Shown one piece after another: positions 17,897-26,461 of a DNA stretch of 64,000 bases (position 1 is the first letter of the stretch; each line of letters starts with the position of its first letter). The DNA comes from Dehalococcoidia bacterium (lineage in GTDB: Bacteria; Chloroflexota; Dehalococcoidia; Lucifugimonadales; UBA3495). The notes under the pieces were generated by a model. The model was not told the DNA's origin, did no database searches, and saw only the letters and a list, made by a program, of their open reading frames with translations. The stretch spans positions 30,502 through 94,501 of the forward strand of contig PBPE01000036.1 of NCBI GenBank assembly GCA_002724585.1. Direction: 5' to 3'. A program made the translations under genes and the position numbers.

Positions 17897-18415
17897 GTGA
17901 TATTATGTTTTCGTGAGGGATACGTGTATAGACTAGCAATCATGACGGTGAGTAGTTCAGGCTACACAGGAGACCGTATCGATACAGGTAGCCAAGCTAT
18001 ATCAGAAGTATTATCAGAGCCCGATTATGCGGTAGTGGAATATTGTATTGTGGATGACGATAAAGAGATGATATCCGAACAAATGACAATATGGGCTGAT
18101 AGATCCGATATAGATATTCTGGTGAGCACAGGCGGAACTGGTCTTGGCCCCCGTGATGTTACTCCGGAGGCGTGTTTATCCATAATAGATAAAGAAGTTC
18201 CTGGTCTGGCGGAGAGTATGAGGTCTGAAACTCTCAAATTTACTCCTATGTCGATGTTGAGCCGATCTGTAGCGGGAATAAGGGGTAGCACTTTGATCCT
18301 TACTTTGCCAGGAAGTCCGAAAGCAGTTAAACAGACTTTAGAAGTAGTTAAGCCTGTTCTACCTCACGCAATTGAATTACTTAGGTCTGCGAACCTGGAG
18401 AATCATCCGAATTAG
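17897..18415 (+). CDS. mogA: Molybdopterin adenylyltransferase / MoaB-MogA family
   Basis: LVSTGGTGLGPRDVTPEA and LPGSPKA are hallmarks of the MogA/MoaB family. The start is uncertain (GTG at 17897 or GTG at 17924). Confidence 0.85.
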   Translation: MILCFREGYVYRLAIMTVSSSGYTGDRIDTGSQAISEVLSEPDYAVVEYCIVDDDKEMISEQMTIWADRSDIDILVSTGGTGLGPRDVTPEACLSIIDKEVPGLAESMRSETLKFTPMSMLSRSVAGIRGSTLILTLPGSPKAVKQTLEVVKPVLPHAIELLRSANLENHPN

Positions 18416-18468
18416 TCAGTCCTTTCGCGATCAAGTTTTATCTTTGTTGATGAGCATGGAGTATTTAA

Positions 18469-18804
18469 ATGACTGAAGAACCACAAAGCGTTGTGTACTG
18501 GCCGAGGGTAAAAGAGATTCTAGATAATATAATGGAACGATGGAAAGAGCGCTGGGAAAGGGAACCGTATCCTGGTATACACGAATATTACTGGGAAACC
18601 GCTAAAGATTTGCAGGAGTCTGTTTTGAATGGATATAGATCGATTGAACCGGGCGTAGCAGGTAAAGACACCCACTTGGTCAAGTCGTTGGCTAGAGGAT
18701 GTGGAACTTTTGGAAAAATGCCGCTTCGGGGTCCATTTGTAAGTAGAGACGAAGTAAATGAGATAATTGTATGGATTGATTCTGGCATGCCTGAAGGCCC
18801 TTAA
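18469..18804 (+). CDS. Hypothetical protein (111 aa) with a PSCyt-like C-terminal segment but no CxxCH
   Basis: ORF with TGGAG SD. The C-terminal PGVAGKDTHLVKSL...GKMPLRGPFVSRDEVNEIIVWIDSGMPE resembles, from memory, the distal half of the planctomycete cytochrome c domain. Confidence 0.5.
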   Translation: MTEEPQSVVYWPRVKEILDNIMERWKERWEREPYPGIHEYYWETAKDLQESVLNGYRSIEPGVAGKDTHLVKSLARGCGTFGKMPLRGPFVSRDEVNEIIVWIDSGMPEGP

Positions 18805-18818
18805 CTAATTTAAAATAA

Positions 18819-18880
18819 ATTGCATAAGTAAAAAACTAGAGTCTGTGGATCCACAGACTCTAGTTTTTTACTTATGCAAT
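18819..18880. terminator. Bidirectional intrinsic terminator formed by a 62-nt perfect palindrome
   Basis: attgcataagtaaaaaactagagtctgtgga|tccacagactctagttttttacttatgcaat. I verified base by base that the two 31-nt halves are exact reverse complements. The GC core is flanked by A6/T6 runs and lies between convergent genes. Confidence 0.8.
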
Positions 18881-18893
18881 ATTTACCGGTGTA

Positions 18894-19895
18894 CTAGATT
18901 AGGACCGGTTCAGTGTTCTTAGTATATATTTGCAGTCTGCCTCTAGTTGAATCTAAGACCACTACCTGCCCATCTGTATTTACTTTCACAGCGGTAGGAT
19001 GCGAGAAATTCTTATCAAAATCGCTACTGTGTGTTATAGCGAGTTGGCGTTGTCTTATCATATCTGGATTGGATATCATTTTATCTTTGCCCCACTGGGA
19101 TAACATATGATCCCCAGTTAGCTGAGTTATGAACCGTCCATCTGGAGCTAAGACTTGTATCCTGTCGTTCAACCAGTCAGACACGTAAATGTCGCCATCT
19201 TTATCTACGGACACACTGTTAGGACGATTAAACTGTCCTACGGCAGTTCCTGGTGTTCCGAATGTAGCCTGCCATTTCCCTGACTGATCAAATTGTTGAA
19301 TCCGGTCGTTTCTCCAGTCAGTTACGTATATATTTCCTGAGCTGTCCAGTCCAATTCCCCAAGGCATATTAAATTGTCCTGACCCATCTCCTGATTCGCC
19401 AAAGCTGCTTTCGAATTGGCCATCTAGACTAAATTTTTGCACCCTGTTGTTTCTGCTGTCAGACACGTAGATACTACTACCTGAAATAGCGAGACCGGCG
19501 GGACCGTCTAATTGTCCTTGTGCCGATCCTTGTTCACCCCATTTGCTAACAAATTCGCCATTACTATCGAACACTGTTATTCGATTGAGCCATTCATCGG
19601 AGATGTAAATGTTCTCGTCCTTATCTAAAGCGATTGACGAAGGCCAGATAAACTGACCGTCTCCTTCACCGTAAGAACCAAACTCAGTGACGTATTCTTC
19701 GTTTAATGTGCAGACGGTTACTCTAACACCGTCTGGACGATTTTCATAAGCCCGATTAATTACGTAAACGATGTCATCGGCGCCCAATGCCATGTCTACA
19801 GGATTTCGAAATCCTGTACCTGCAAACTCGTTTCTTCCAACTGAATGACTGTAAGAAAATGTTCTGTCGGTGAGACCAAATAAATGGGTGCTCAT
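18894..19895 (-). CDS. NHL-repeat beta-propeller protein
   Basis: 333 aa with six recurring blades of about 47 aa (..G.F..P.gia.d..GniYVsD..N.RIQ.F...G). No N-terminal signal peptide. Confidence 0.85.
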   Translation of the reverse strand: MSTHLFGLTDRTFSYSHSVGRNEFAGTGFRNPVDMALGADDIVYVINRAYENRPDGVRVTVCTLNEEYVTEFGSYGEGDGQFIWPSSIALDKDENIYISDEWLNRITVFDSNGEFVSKWGEQGSAQGQLDGPAGLAISGSSIYVSDSRNNRVQKFSLDGQFESSFGESGDGSGQFNMPWGIGLDSSGNIYVTDWRNDRIQQFDQSGKWQATFGTPGTAVGQFNRPNSVSVDKDGDIYVSDWLNDRIQVLAPDGRFITQLTGDHMLSQWGKDKMISNPDMIRQRQLAITHSSDFDKNFSHPTAVKVNTDGQVVVLDSTRGRLQIYTKNTEPVLI

Positions 19896-19978
19896 TATTG
19901 TTACCTCTTATTCTATTTGTATGGCAGAGCGAGATGTTGATCCTTTCTCACTTGGCCAATCGGTGTGCCGTTTTCTGT

Positions 19979-21133
19979 TTATAAGAAGTTGACTTTAGTA
20001 AAGTTTCCAGCTATCGGAACTGGATCTATATGAAGCCAGTCTTCGAGTATAGTGCTGTAGACCTCACGGAAATCCATATTGTGCTCTAAGTTTCCACCTT
20101 CGATCAATTTATCCTGATCCAATGATGGGTAGTCACCGTAGAAACCACCTTTAACGTGTTCCCCGATAGCGAATGCTACGCTTGCAGCACCATGATCTGT
20201 CCCTGATCCATTGTCACCCACACGACGACCGAATTCTGAGAACATAAGCAACGTTACATTATCCATTGCGTCATGTCCTCGTAGATCATCAATGAAAGTT
20301 TCAACATTTGCTGATACGTCTGTCCATAATCCCGAATGTGCTTGAGCTTGACTAGCATGAGTATCGAAGCCGTTGTACGGAGAGGTGGTATAGAGCACCC
20401 TTGTCCCGAAACCAGCTAGATGAGTCTGGGCAATATTTTTCATGTATTGTCCAACCGCGGTTGCAGAATATTCGACGTTTGAACTGTACATTCCTGGTGC
20501 GGTAGCTAAGATATCTGCCCCTTTTAGCGCATCAGTACCTGTTCGTCTAATGTAATCCAATGCGTATCCACTACCAATCGTGGGACTGTACATTCGTCCA
20601 AATACATCTAATGCTTCTGTTCGTTGGTCTTCTCCTTGAATTCCTGTGAGCAATCCGTATGTCTCGAGGTCACCCACTGAAGCCACTGGAACACCTTCCT
20701 TAGCAAGGGCTCTGGGTAGACCTCTTCCGAAGTTAACACCAGTAAGCACGTTTTCTGCGCTTGGATCTAACTCTTTAATTGCTTGGCCTAACCAACCCTC
20801 ATTGCCGATTTTGTCGGGTTCGCAGGTGTGCCAAATATCCATGGATCGGAAGTGGGAGTAGCTAGGATTGGGGTAACCGATACCTAGGAAGATGGCCATT
20901 TTACCTTCTTCCCAAAATCTAATTAATGGTCCCATGCTAGGGTGGAATCCATAGCCTGTCTCTTTTCCTGTTGCTGGGTCCTTTAGAGGGATAATCTGTT
21001 CTTCAGGAATCCCTAGATTTGGACGAAAATCTCTATACAAACCATTATTAAATGGGATGACGGTATTTAGCCCGTCATTTCCGCCGGATAGAGAAAGTAC
21101 CGCTAATACGTTGTCTTTTTTATTAGAGACCAT
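19979..21133 (-). CDS. DUF1501 (sulfatase-fold) family protein
   Basis: 384 aa with SLSGGNDGLNTVIP near the N-terminus and FSEFGRR...NGSGTDHG near the C-terminus, both DUF1501 hallmarks. GGAGG SD. No Tat leader. Confidence 0.85.
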   Translation of the reverse strand: MVSNKKDNVLAVLSLSGGNDGLNTVIPFNNGLYRDFRPNLGIPEEQIIPLKDPATGKETGYGFHPSMGPLIRFWEEGKMAIFLGIGYPNPSYSHFRSMDIWHTCEPDKIGNEGWLGQAIKELDPSAENVLTGVNFGRGLPRALAKEGVPVASVGDLETYGLLTGIQGEDQRTEALDVFGRMYSPTIGSGYALDYIRRTGTDALKGADILATAPGMYSSNVEYSATAVGQYMKNIAQTHLAGFGTRVLYTTSPYNGFDTHASQAQAHSGLWTDVSANVETFIDDLRGHDAMDNVTLLMFSEFGRRVGDNGSGTDHGAASVAFAIGEHVKGGFYGDYPSLDQDKLIEGGNLEHNMDFREVYSTILEDWLHIDPVPIAGNFTKVNFL

Positions 21134-21163
21134 TACTACCTCCGTTAATTTCTTGTCTAATTT

Positions 21164-22582
21164 TTAACCAAACTGGTATTCAGATGTCGCGGCTATCATT
21201 TGTAGCATTTCTCCAGAGCGACGGACGAAATCTTGCTGCTCTGTGTCTGATTTATGTGTTAAATCGCCTTCGCGTTCTGCATGAGAGACTAGTTCTCCGT
21301 AAGTCTCGTCAGTTACCTGAAGCTGTCCGACTAGGTCTAGACATCCATCCACGAATTGTTTAGGAGAGATTGTTTCTCCTTCTGACATTAGGCGGTCGAC
21401 AATACCTTTTACGCCAGGCAGATTTGTTTGACCTAGATAGTCCGACGCAAAATTAATTCGTTCTACTAAGGTCCCACTGTCGATCCATTCGTGACCTGTA
21501 TGCCATCCCTCAACTGTTGGTGGGTTCATTAAATCCATACCCATGTACTTAGGCTCTTGGGATATCTCGAACAGGCCCGGCTTTATATCTTGGTGGTCAC
21601 CTACTAGTCGAAGTGTGCTCACAACCATTTCTGCTGGGTTTTTGACCTTGGTATAGCGAGCATTTTTGAATGATTCTGAATTGAATAACACTCGAAGCAT
21701 GGCCGTTATATCGTAATTTGATTCGAAATACGCAGCCTCTAGTGCTTCTATTAGTTCGGGATCTTTGGGGGGTGTTTGCCTCCAAGAAGGTACGGGAACT
21801 TCGTCTGCCACGAAATAGTTGTACAGGTGTCTTGCTACGAATCTTGCCGTGGCGGGCTGACCGCATACCATGTCAAGGATATCTTCGCCATTCCAATTAC
21901 CTGTTTGGCCTAGAAATGTCTTGTCAGATTCATCGTGGTCAGCCGGGTCAAATCTGAATTCCCAAGCACTTCTTCCGTATGGGAAAGGAGGATATGATGG
22001 GGCGATGTTCCACCCTGTGAACGCTCGAGCACATGCCTTTACATCGTCTTCACTGTAATTGAATTCTTCATCTTTTCCGACACCCATCGAGAACAATTCC
22101 AATAGCTCTCTGCCGTAGTTCTCATTGACTGCGGTTTTGTGACTTTCTGAGTTGTCGAGATAATAGATCATTCCGGGGCTTGTTGAAAGCAGCATTAGTA
22201 GGTCTCGGAAGTTACCCATGCCGTTCTCTCTGAACATCTTGATCATTAATCCCATTTCTTGTCCGCTATCTATTTTGCTATGGCCTGCACAGAAAATCAT
22301 GTGCCAGAATAAGGCCACTTTTTCTTGCAGCTGCCTAGGGTTGTTGATCATGTAGTACATCCATTGCTGCACATTGGTTTCTATGGCGGCTGGTTCGTTG
22401 TAAGCGGGCTGGTACCTGAATAGTAGATCTTCTTCAATGCCTGGATGATCGTTTGGATTCAATAATTCCTCAACTGTGGATTCGTATCCTTGAGCTGCTC
22501 GTGATTCTACTTCGGCTCTACTAGCACCAAATCCAGCGCGGCGTAGCAAATGTGTCATTAACGCGATGTCATTGTTAGCCAT
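21164..22582 (-). CDS. DUF1800 family protein
   Basis: 472 aa with HLLRRAGFGA and NENYGRELLELFSMGVG, both DUF1800 hallmarks. It is the usual genomic partner of DUF1501. GGAGGAG SD. Confidence 0.85.
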   Translation of the reverse strand: MANNDIALMTHLLRRAGFGASRAEVESRAAQGYESTVEELLNPNDHPGIEEDLLFRYQPAYNEPAAIETNVQQWMYYMINNPRQLQEKVALFWHMIFCAGHSKIDSGQEMGLMIKMFRENGMGNFRDLLMLLSTSPGMIYYLDNSESHKTAVNENYGRELLELFSMGVGKDEEFNYSEDDVKACARAFTGWNIAPSYPPFPYGRSAWEFRFDPADHDESDKTFLGQTGNWNGEDILDMVCGQPATARFVARHLYNYFVADEVPVPSWRQTPPKDPELIEALEAAYFESNYDITAMLRVLFNSESFKNARYTKVKNPAEMVVSTLRLVGDHQDIKPGLFEISQEPKYMGMDLMNPPTVEGWHTGHEWIDSGTLVERINFASDYLGQTNLPGVKGIVDRLMSEGETISPKQFVDGCLDLVGQLQVTDETYGELVSHAEREGDLTHKSDTEQQDFVRRSGEMLQMIAATSEYQFG

Positions 22583-22896
22583 ATGCTCCTCCTAACTTTA
22601 AGCCTATTTATATTGTTTACTGTGAGCAATTTCAACTCTACTGCGTAGTTGAAATCAAACACTACTTTAGTAGTGATTATAAGGTGAGAATAGGTTATTG
22701 CAGACAGAACTCATTGTCAATATTTTTTCCTGTTTTTATACGAATAATTAATTTAACATGGCGGTGTGTTTTTGGATGTTTCTTTTGGTAATCAAATTTT
22801 GATGAATTATATATAATGTACAAGGATTTAAGAAATTAATTTAAATTCTCGTGGATAGCGGTACCCCGATAATTATTCCGACAGGAAGGAGAATCA

Positions 22897-23988
22897 ATGA
22901 ATTCTGGGACTAATGATAGTTATATAGCATCTATACTAGATGATCAGTCCCTGTATGTATCACTTGATGTCTATAACCTTAAGGACAGGTTGAGCCGTTT
23001 GCCAGATCAATGCAGGGAGGCATGGTCAAAGACTGGTCTTATGCCATTAGACGTCGGTAGTCACACAATCAACAATGTTGTAATCATTGGTATGGGTGGC
23101 TCTGCGATAGCTGGTGATTTACTGGCAGATATGGCTGCTGTTCAGAAAACCGTCCCTATATCGGTCGTTAGAGATTTCTCTTTACCAATGATGGTAGATA
23201 GTTCAACTTTGGTAGTAGCTTGTAGTTATTCAGGGGAGACTGAGGAAACTTTGGCTTTATATAGAGAAGCTATTGGCAACGGGGCTAGGACATTAGTTAT
23301 AGGCAGTGGCGGCGCCTTACTGCATGAAGCTGAATCTCGAAACGAAATGGTTCTTACAATTGATCTGATATCTGAACCGCGATCTGCAGTGGCATATAGT
23401 CTGATGTTGCTTCTAGGTGCCTTCTCACGGTTTGGGATAATGGCGGTAGACGAGGGAGATGTACTCAATTCCATCAAAGTTTTAGAGGCCACAGTAAATT
23501 CCTTAAAAGAAGACGTTTCGCGTGAAACTAATGCTGCCAAGCAGTTGGCATCTGAATGCCTATCAAAAACGCTCGTAATTTATGGAGGCGGTATATTCAC
23601 TGGTATGGCGCGCCGGTGGAAGACTCAGATAAATGAAAATTCAAAGGCCTGGGCATTTTATGAAACAATCCCGGAATTATTACATAACAGTATCGAAGCA
23701 TATGTCTCTAATGATAACGATGGAAAATTATTAGTGTTGCTGAGACCTACCGGCGGTTATGATCTTGGGTATGATCTATTGAACTCAAGATATGATACTC
23801 TGGCAGCAATTCTTTCTTCGTATAAAATACCTTTCCGCATTATAGACGGATACTCCGGCAGCATATTGAGCCAAGTTTTGAACATGTTAGTGTTAGGTGA
23901 CTATGTGAGTTATTATCTTGCGTTGTTAAACAACGTTGATCCTGCTCCGAATCCTGTCATTAATCGAGCCAAACGTTTTAAAGACTGA
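22897..23988 (+). CDS. SIS-domain sugar-phosphate isomerase, probably bifunctional phosphoglucose/phosphomannose isomerase
   Basis: 363 aa with VVIIGMGGSAIAGDLL and CSYSGETEET SIS motifs in a two-SIS layout. AAGGAG SD. Confidence 0.75.
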   Translation: MNSGTNDSYIASILDDQSLYVSLDVYNLKDRLSRLPDQCREAWSKTGLMPLDVGSHTINNVVIIGMGGSAIAGDLLADMAAVQKTVPISVVRDFSLPMMVDSSTLVVACSYSGETEETLALYREAIGNGARTLVIGSGGALLHEAESRNEMVLTIDLISEPRSAVAYSLMLLLGAFSRFGIMAVDEGDVLNSIKVLEATVNSLKEDVSRETNAAKQLASECLSKTLVIYGGGIFTGMARRWKTQINENSKAWAFYETIPELLHNSIEAYVSNDNDGKLLVLLRPTGGYDLGYDLLNSRYDTLAAILSSYKIPFRIIDGYSGSILSQVLNMLVLGDYVSYYLALLNNVDPAPNPVINRAKRFKD

Positions 23989-24046
23989 CCAGAGTATACT
24001 TGGTTAAGGGTTTATCAGATTCTATCTATTATTTGAGGGTGAGAAT

Positions 24047-25237
24047 ATGAAATGGTCTTCTGCAATCTCTACGCACTCTGATATTGAAGATGCAATATCA
24101 GAGTGCGTAGAGATGGTGAAAGCTGATATAGACGAGAATGAGATCAATTTTGCTTGTTTGTTTGTTTCTCCCCACTACTCAGTTAAATACGATGACATAC
24201 CAGATTTGGTCTATACAAAATTAGGGGATTGTATGCTGTTGGGATGCTCGGGAGGAGGGATAATTGGCGGCGGAGTCGAGGTGGAGCAATCCACAGCTGT
24301 TTCACTGACCGTAGCGTCGCTCCCTGGAGTAAATTTTAATCCTTTTTACCTGTCTCCTGACAGTTTACCTGATTTGGATTCAGGGCCTGATGCTTGGGCG
24401 AAGTTGGTTAATGTCGACAGAAATGCGGATCCTCAGTTTATTGTTTTAGCAGATCCTATGAGTTTTCCCTGTCAGAATTTGATTCTTGGGTTGGACTTTG
24501 CGTTCAGCGAGTCACCCAAGATAGGTGGCTTGGCAAGTGGTGGGCAACAACAGGGTCAGAATGCTTTGTTCCTTGACCGTACGGTACACCGAAATGGTGC
24601 CGTAGGGGTTGCTCTTACGGGTAATGTGCAAGTGGATACAGTAGTAGCGCAAGGATGTCGGCCTATCGGTAGTACGATGAGGATTACTGAAAGCCGACAG
24701 AATATGCTTATAAAGTTAGATGATTCTGCCCCTCTGACTGTTTTGAGGGAGCTATTTCAATCACTTGATGATAGAGACCGTAATCTAATGAGGACATCTT
24801 TATTCTTGGGTGTTGTGATGGATGAAATGATTGATTTACCACAACAAGGAGATTTTCTGATCCGGAATGTGATGGGCATGGATGAAGATACAGGTGTTTT
24901 AGCTATCGGAGAAATGCTTAAAGAAGGACAACTGGTTCAATTCCATTTGCGAGATGCAGAAACTTCGTCTGCTGACATATCGGCAGTTCTAAACCGATAT
25001 TCAGCCGAGAACAGGGAGAATGCTTTGTCTGGCGCTCTTCTTTTCTCGTGCTTGGGGCGAGGTCAGTATTTGTATGGCACTCCTAACCATGATACTGAAA
25101 TTTTTCACACATCGCTGGGTAATGTTCCACTCGGTGGATTTTTCTGTAATGGCGAAATCGGACCTGTGAGCGGAACTACTTTTCTTCACGGTTATACAAG
25201 TTCATTTGGTATCTTTAGGTCCAAAATGACCGAATAA
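24047..25237 (+). CDS. Stand-alone FIST (FIST_N + FIST_C) sensory-domain protein
   Basis: 396 aa. The C-terminal GALLFSCLGRGQYLYG...PLGGFFCNGEIGP is the characteristic FIST_C ending. No output domain is present. Confidence 0.85.
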   Translation: MKWSSAISTHSDIEDAISECVEMVKADIDENEINFACLFVSPHYSVKYDDIPDLVYTKLGDCMLLGCSGGGIIGGGVEVEQSTAVSLTVASLPGVNFNPFYLSPDSLPDLDSGPDAWAKLVNVDRNADPQFIVLADPMSFPCQNLILGLDFAFSESPKIGGLASGGQQQGQNALFLDRTVHRNGAVGVALTGNVQVDTVVAQGCRPIGSTMRITESRQNMLIKLDDSAPLTVLRELFQSLDDRDRNLMRTSLFLGVVMDEMIDLPQQGDFLIRNVMGMDEDTGVLAIGEMLKEGQLVQFHLRDAETSSADISAVLNRYSAENRENALSGALLFSCLGRGQYLYGTPNHDTEIFHTSLGNVPLGGFFCNGEIGPVSGTTFLHGYTSSFGIFRSKMTE

Positions 25238-25265
25238 ATTAAGTTTTTTCCAATTTGGATACTTT

Positions 25266-26420
25266 ATGCGTGATTGTTCTGAGAATGCCATACTTGTAGG
25301 GATGTGTGCATCGTTATCTGGTGACTTTCATGTACAAGGCACTCAAGCGTTACATGGTGTCATTGCCTGGATTCGAGATGTAAATCGGGATGGTGGTATT
25401 TTCGTAAAAGACAGGGATGATAGATTACCTGTTTCTTTAATTCATTATGATGACCATAGTAGAATGTCGGCAGTTAGAGATTGTGTGGCCAAGCTTATTG
25501 AGAAAGATCGAATCGATATACTAATTGGCCCCTACGGTAGCAGTCTTTCTATCGCTGCAGCCAATGTAGCGGACCGCCAACAGATGATTTTATGGAATCA
25601 AGGTGGATCTTCCGATGGTATTTACGAGAAAGGATATAAGTATGTCCTGGGTGTTTTAGCACCTGCATCTGAATATCTTTCTAGTCTTCCGGATGCTCTT
25701 AAAACTCATATTCCCGATGCCAGAACGTATGCAATTGTAACCGCTAATAAGGGGAATTTCCCGACATCAGTTGCATCTGGTGTGTGTAGTGCGCTTGACT
25801 GTAAAGGGTTTAGTAATGTTTTATCAGAAGAATACGATGTTGGTAATATACAGTTCGATGAAATAGTTCATCGTGTGAAGCAATGCCATCCAGATATTCT
25901 GATATGTGTAGGCAGGATAGAAACTGATCTAATAATCGCTAGACAAATTGTTGAGAGCGATGCTAAATCCGCCACTAAATTGTGCGTTTTTGTGGCAGCA
26001 GGAATTAGTCAATTTGGGGAAGTCCTCAAAGAAAACGCCGATGGTTTCGTAGGGCCAGTTCAGTGGCACAGAGACGTTTCTCATATGGTGGATGTTGGAC
26101 CTACCAATTCTGAGGTGAGCAACTCTTTGCGAGAGACTTCACGTATTCCAGTAGACTATCCGATGGTCCAAGCCTATTCCACTGGGATAGTAGTCCAAAA
26201 TATTATCGAGATAGCGGGTTCATTAAATCAAAATGCTTTGAGAGATTCTGCATTGAAAGCGGATTTCACTACGTTTTTCGGAAGATTTAAACTTGATCCT
26301 CGATCTGGAAAACCTCTAAACAAGTTAGTGCCGTTAGTTCAATGGCAGGCAGGTTCTATGGAGTTAGTCTGGCCGCAAGGTTCGTCTTCGATATCCTTAA
26401 GGCCCACTGATGACTTTTAA
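25266..26420 (+). CDS. Type I periplasmic-binding-protein fold (LivK/amide-binding family) without a signal peptide
   Basis: 384 aa. ILVGMCASLSGDFHVQGTQALHGVIAWIRDVNRDGG matches the mature N-terminus of Leu/Ile/Val-type binding proteins. An in-frame stop at 25236-25238 precludes any leader. Confidence 0.75.
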   Translation: MRDCSENAILVGMCASLSGDFHVQGTQALHGVIAWIRDVNRDGGIFVKDRDDRLPVSLIHYDDHSRMSAVRDCVAKLIEKDRIDILIGPYGSSLSIAAANVADRQQMILWNQGGSSDGIYEKGYKYVLGVLAPASEYLSSLPDALKTHIPDARTYAIVTANKGNFPTSVASGVCSALDCKGFSNVLSEEYDVGNIQFDEIVHRVKQCHPDILICVGRIETDLIIARQIVESDAKSATKLCVFVAAGISQFGEVLKENADGFVGPVQWHRDVSHMVDVGPTNSEVSNSLRETSRIPVDYPMVQAYSTGIVVQNIIEIAGSLNQNALRDSALKADFTTFFGRFKLDPRSGKPLNKLVPLVQWQAGSMELVWPQGSSSISLRPTDDF

Positions 26421-26445
26421 CGGCAGTCCGTTAAAAGTCATCAGT
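26406..26445 (+). terminator. Intrinsic terminator (18-bp perfect stem, 4-nt loop)
   Basis: actgatgacttttaacgg cagt ccgttaaaagtcatcagt, followed by tttca. The left arm contains the stop codon of the preceding CDS. Confidence 0.65.
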
Positions 26446-26461
26446 TTTCAAGTTTCACGTA

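Noticed and set aside
18894-19895. Apparent periodicity in the NHL gene as a DNA tandem repeat or minisatellite.
   Set aside because: The repeat is at protein level (six divergent blades of about 47 aa). The DNA copies are not near-identical, so this is an ordinary beta-propeller gene.
2801-26445. The three long perfect hairpins (2801, 18819, 26406) as members of one REP/MITE-like repeat family.
   Set aside because: The arm sequences share no similarity with one another. Each sits exactly at a gene 3' end with A/T-rich flanks. That is consistent with independent intrinsic terminators.
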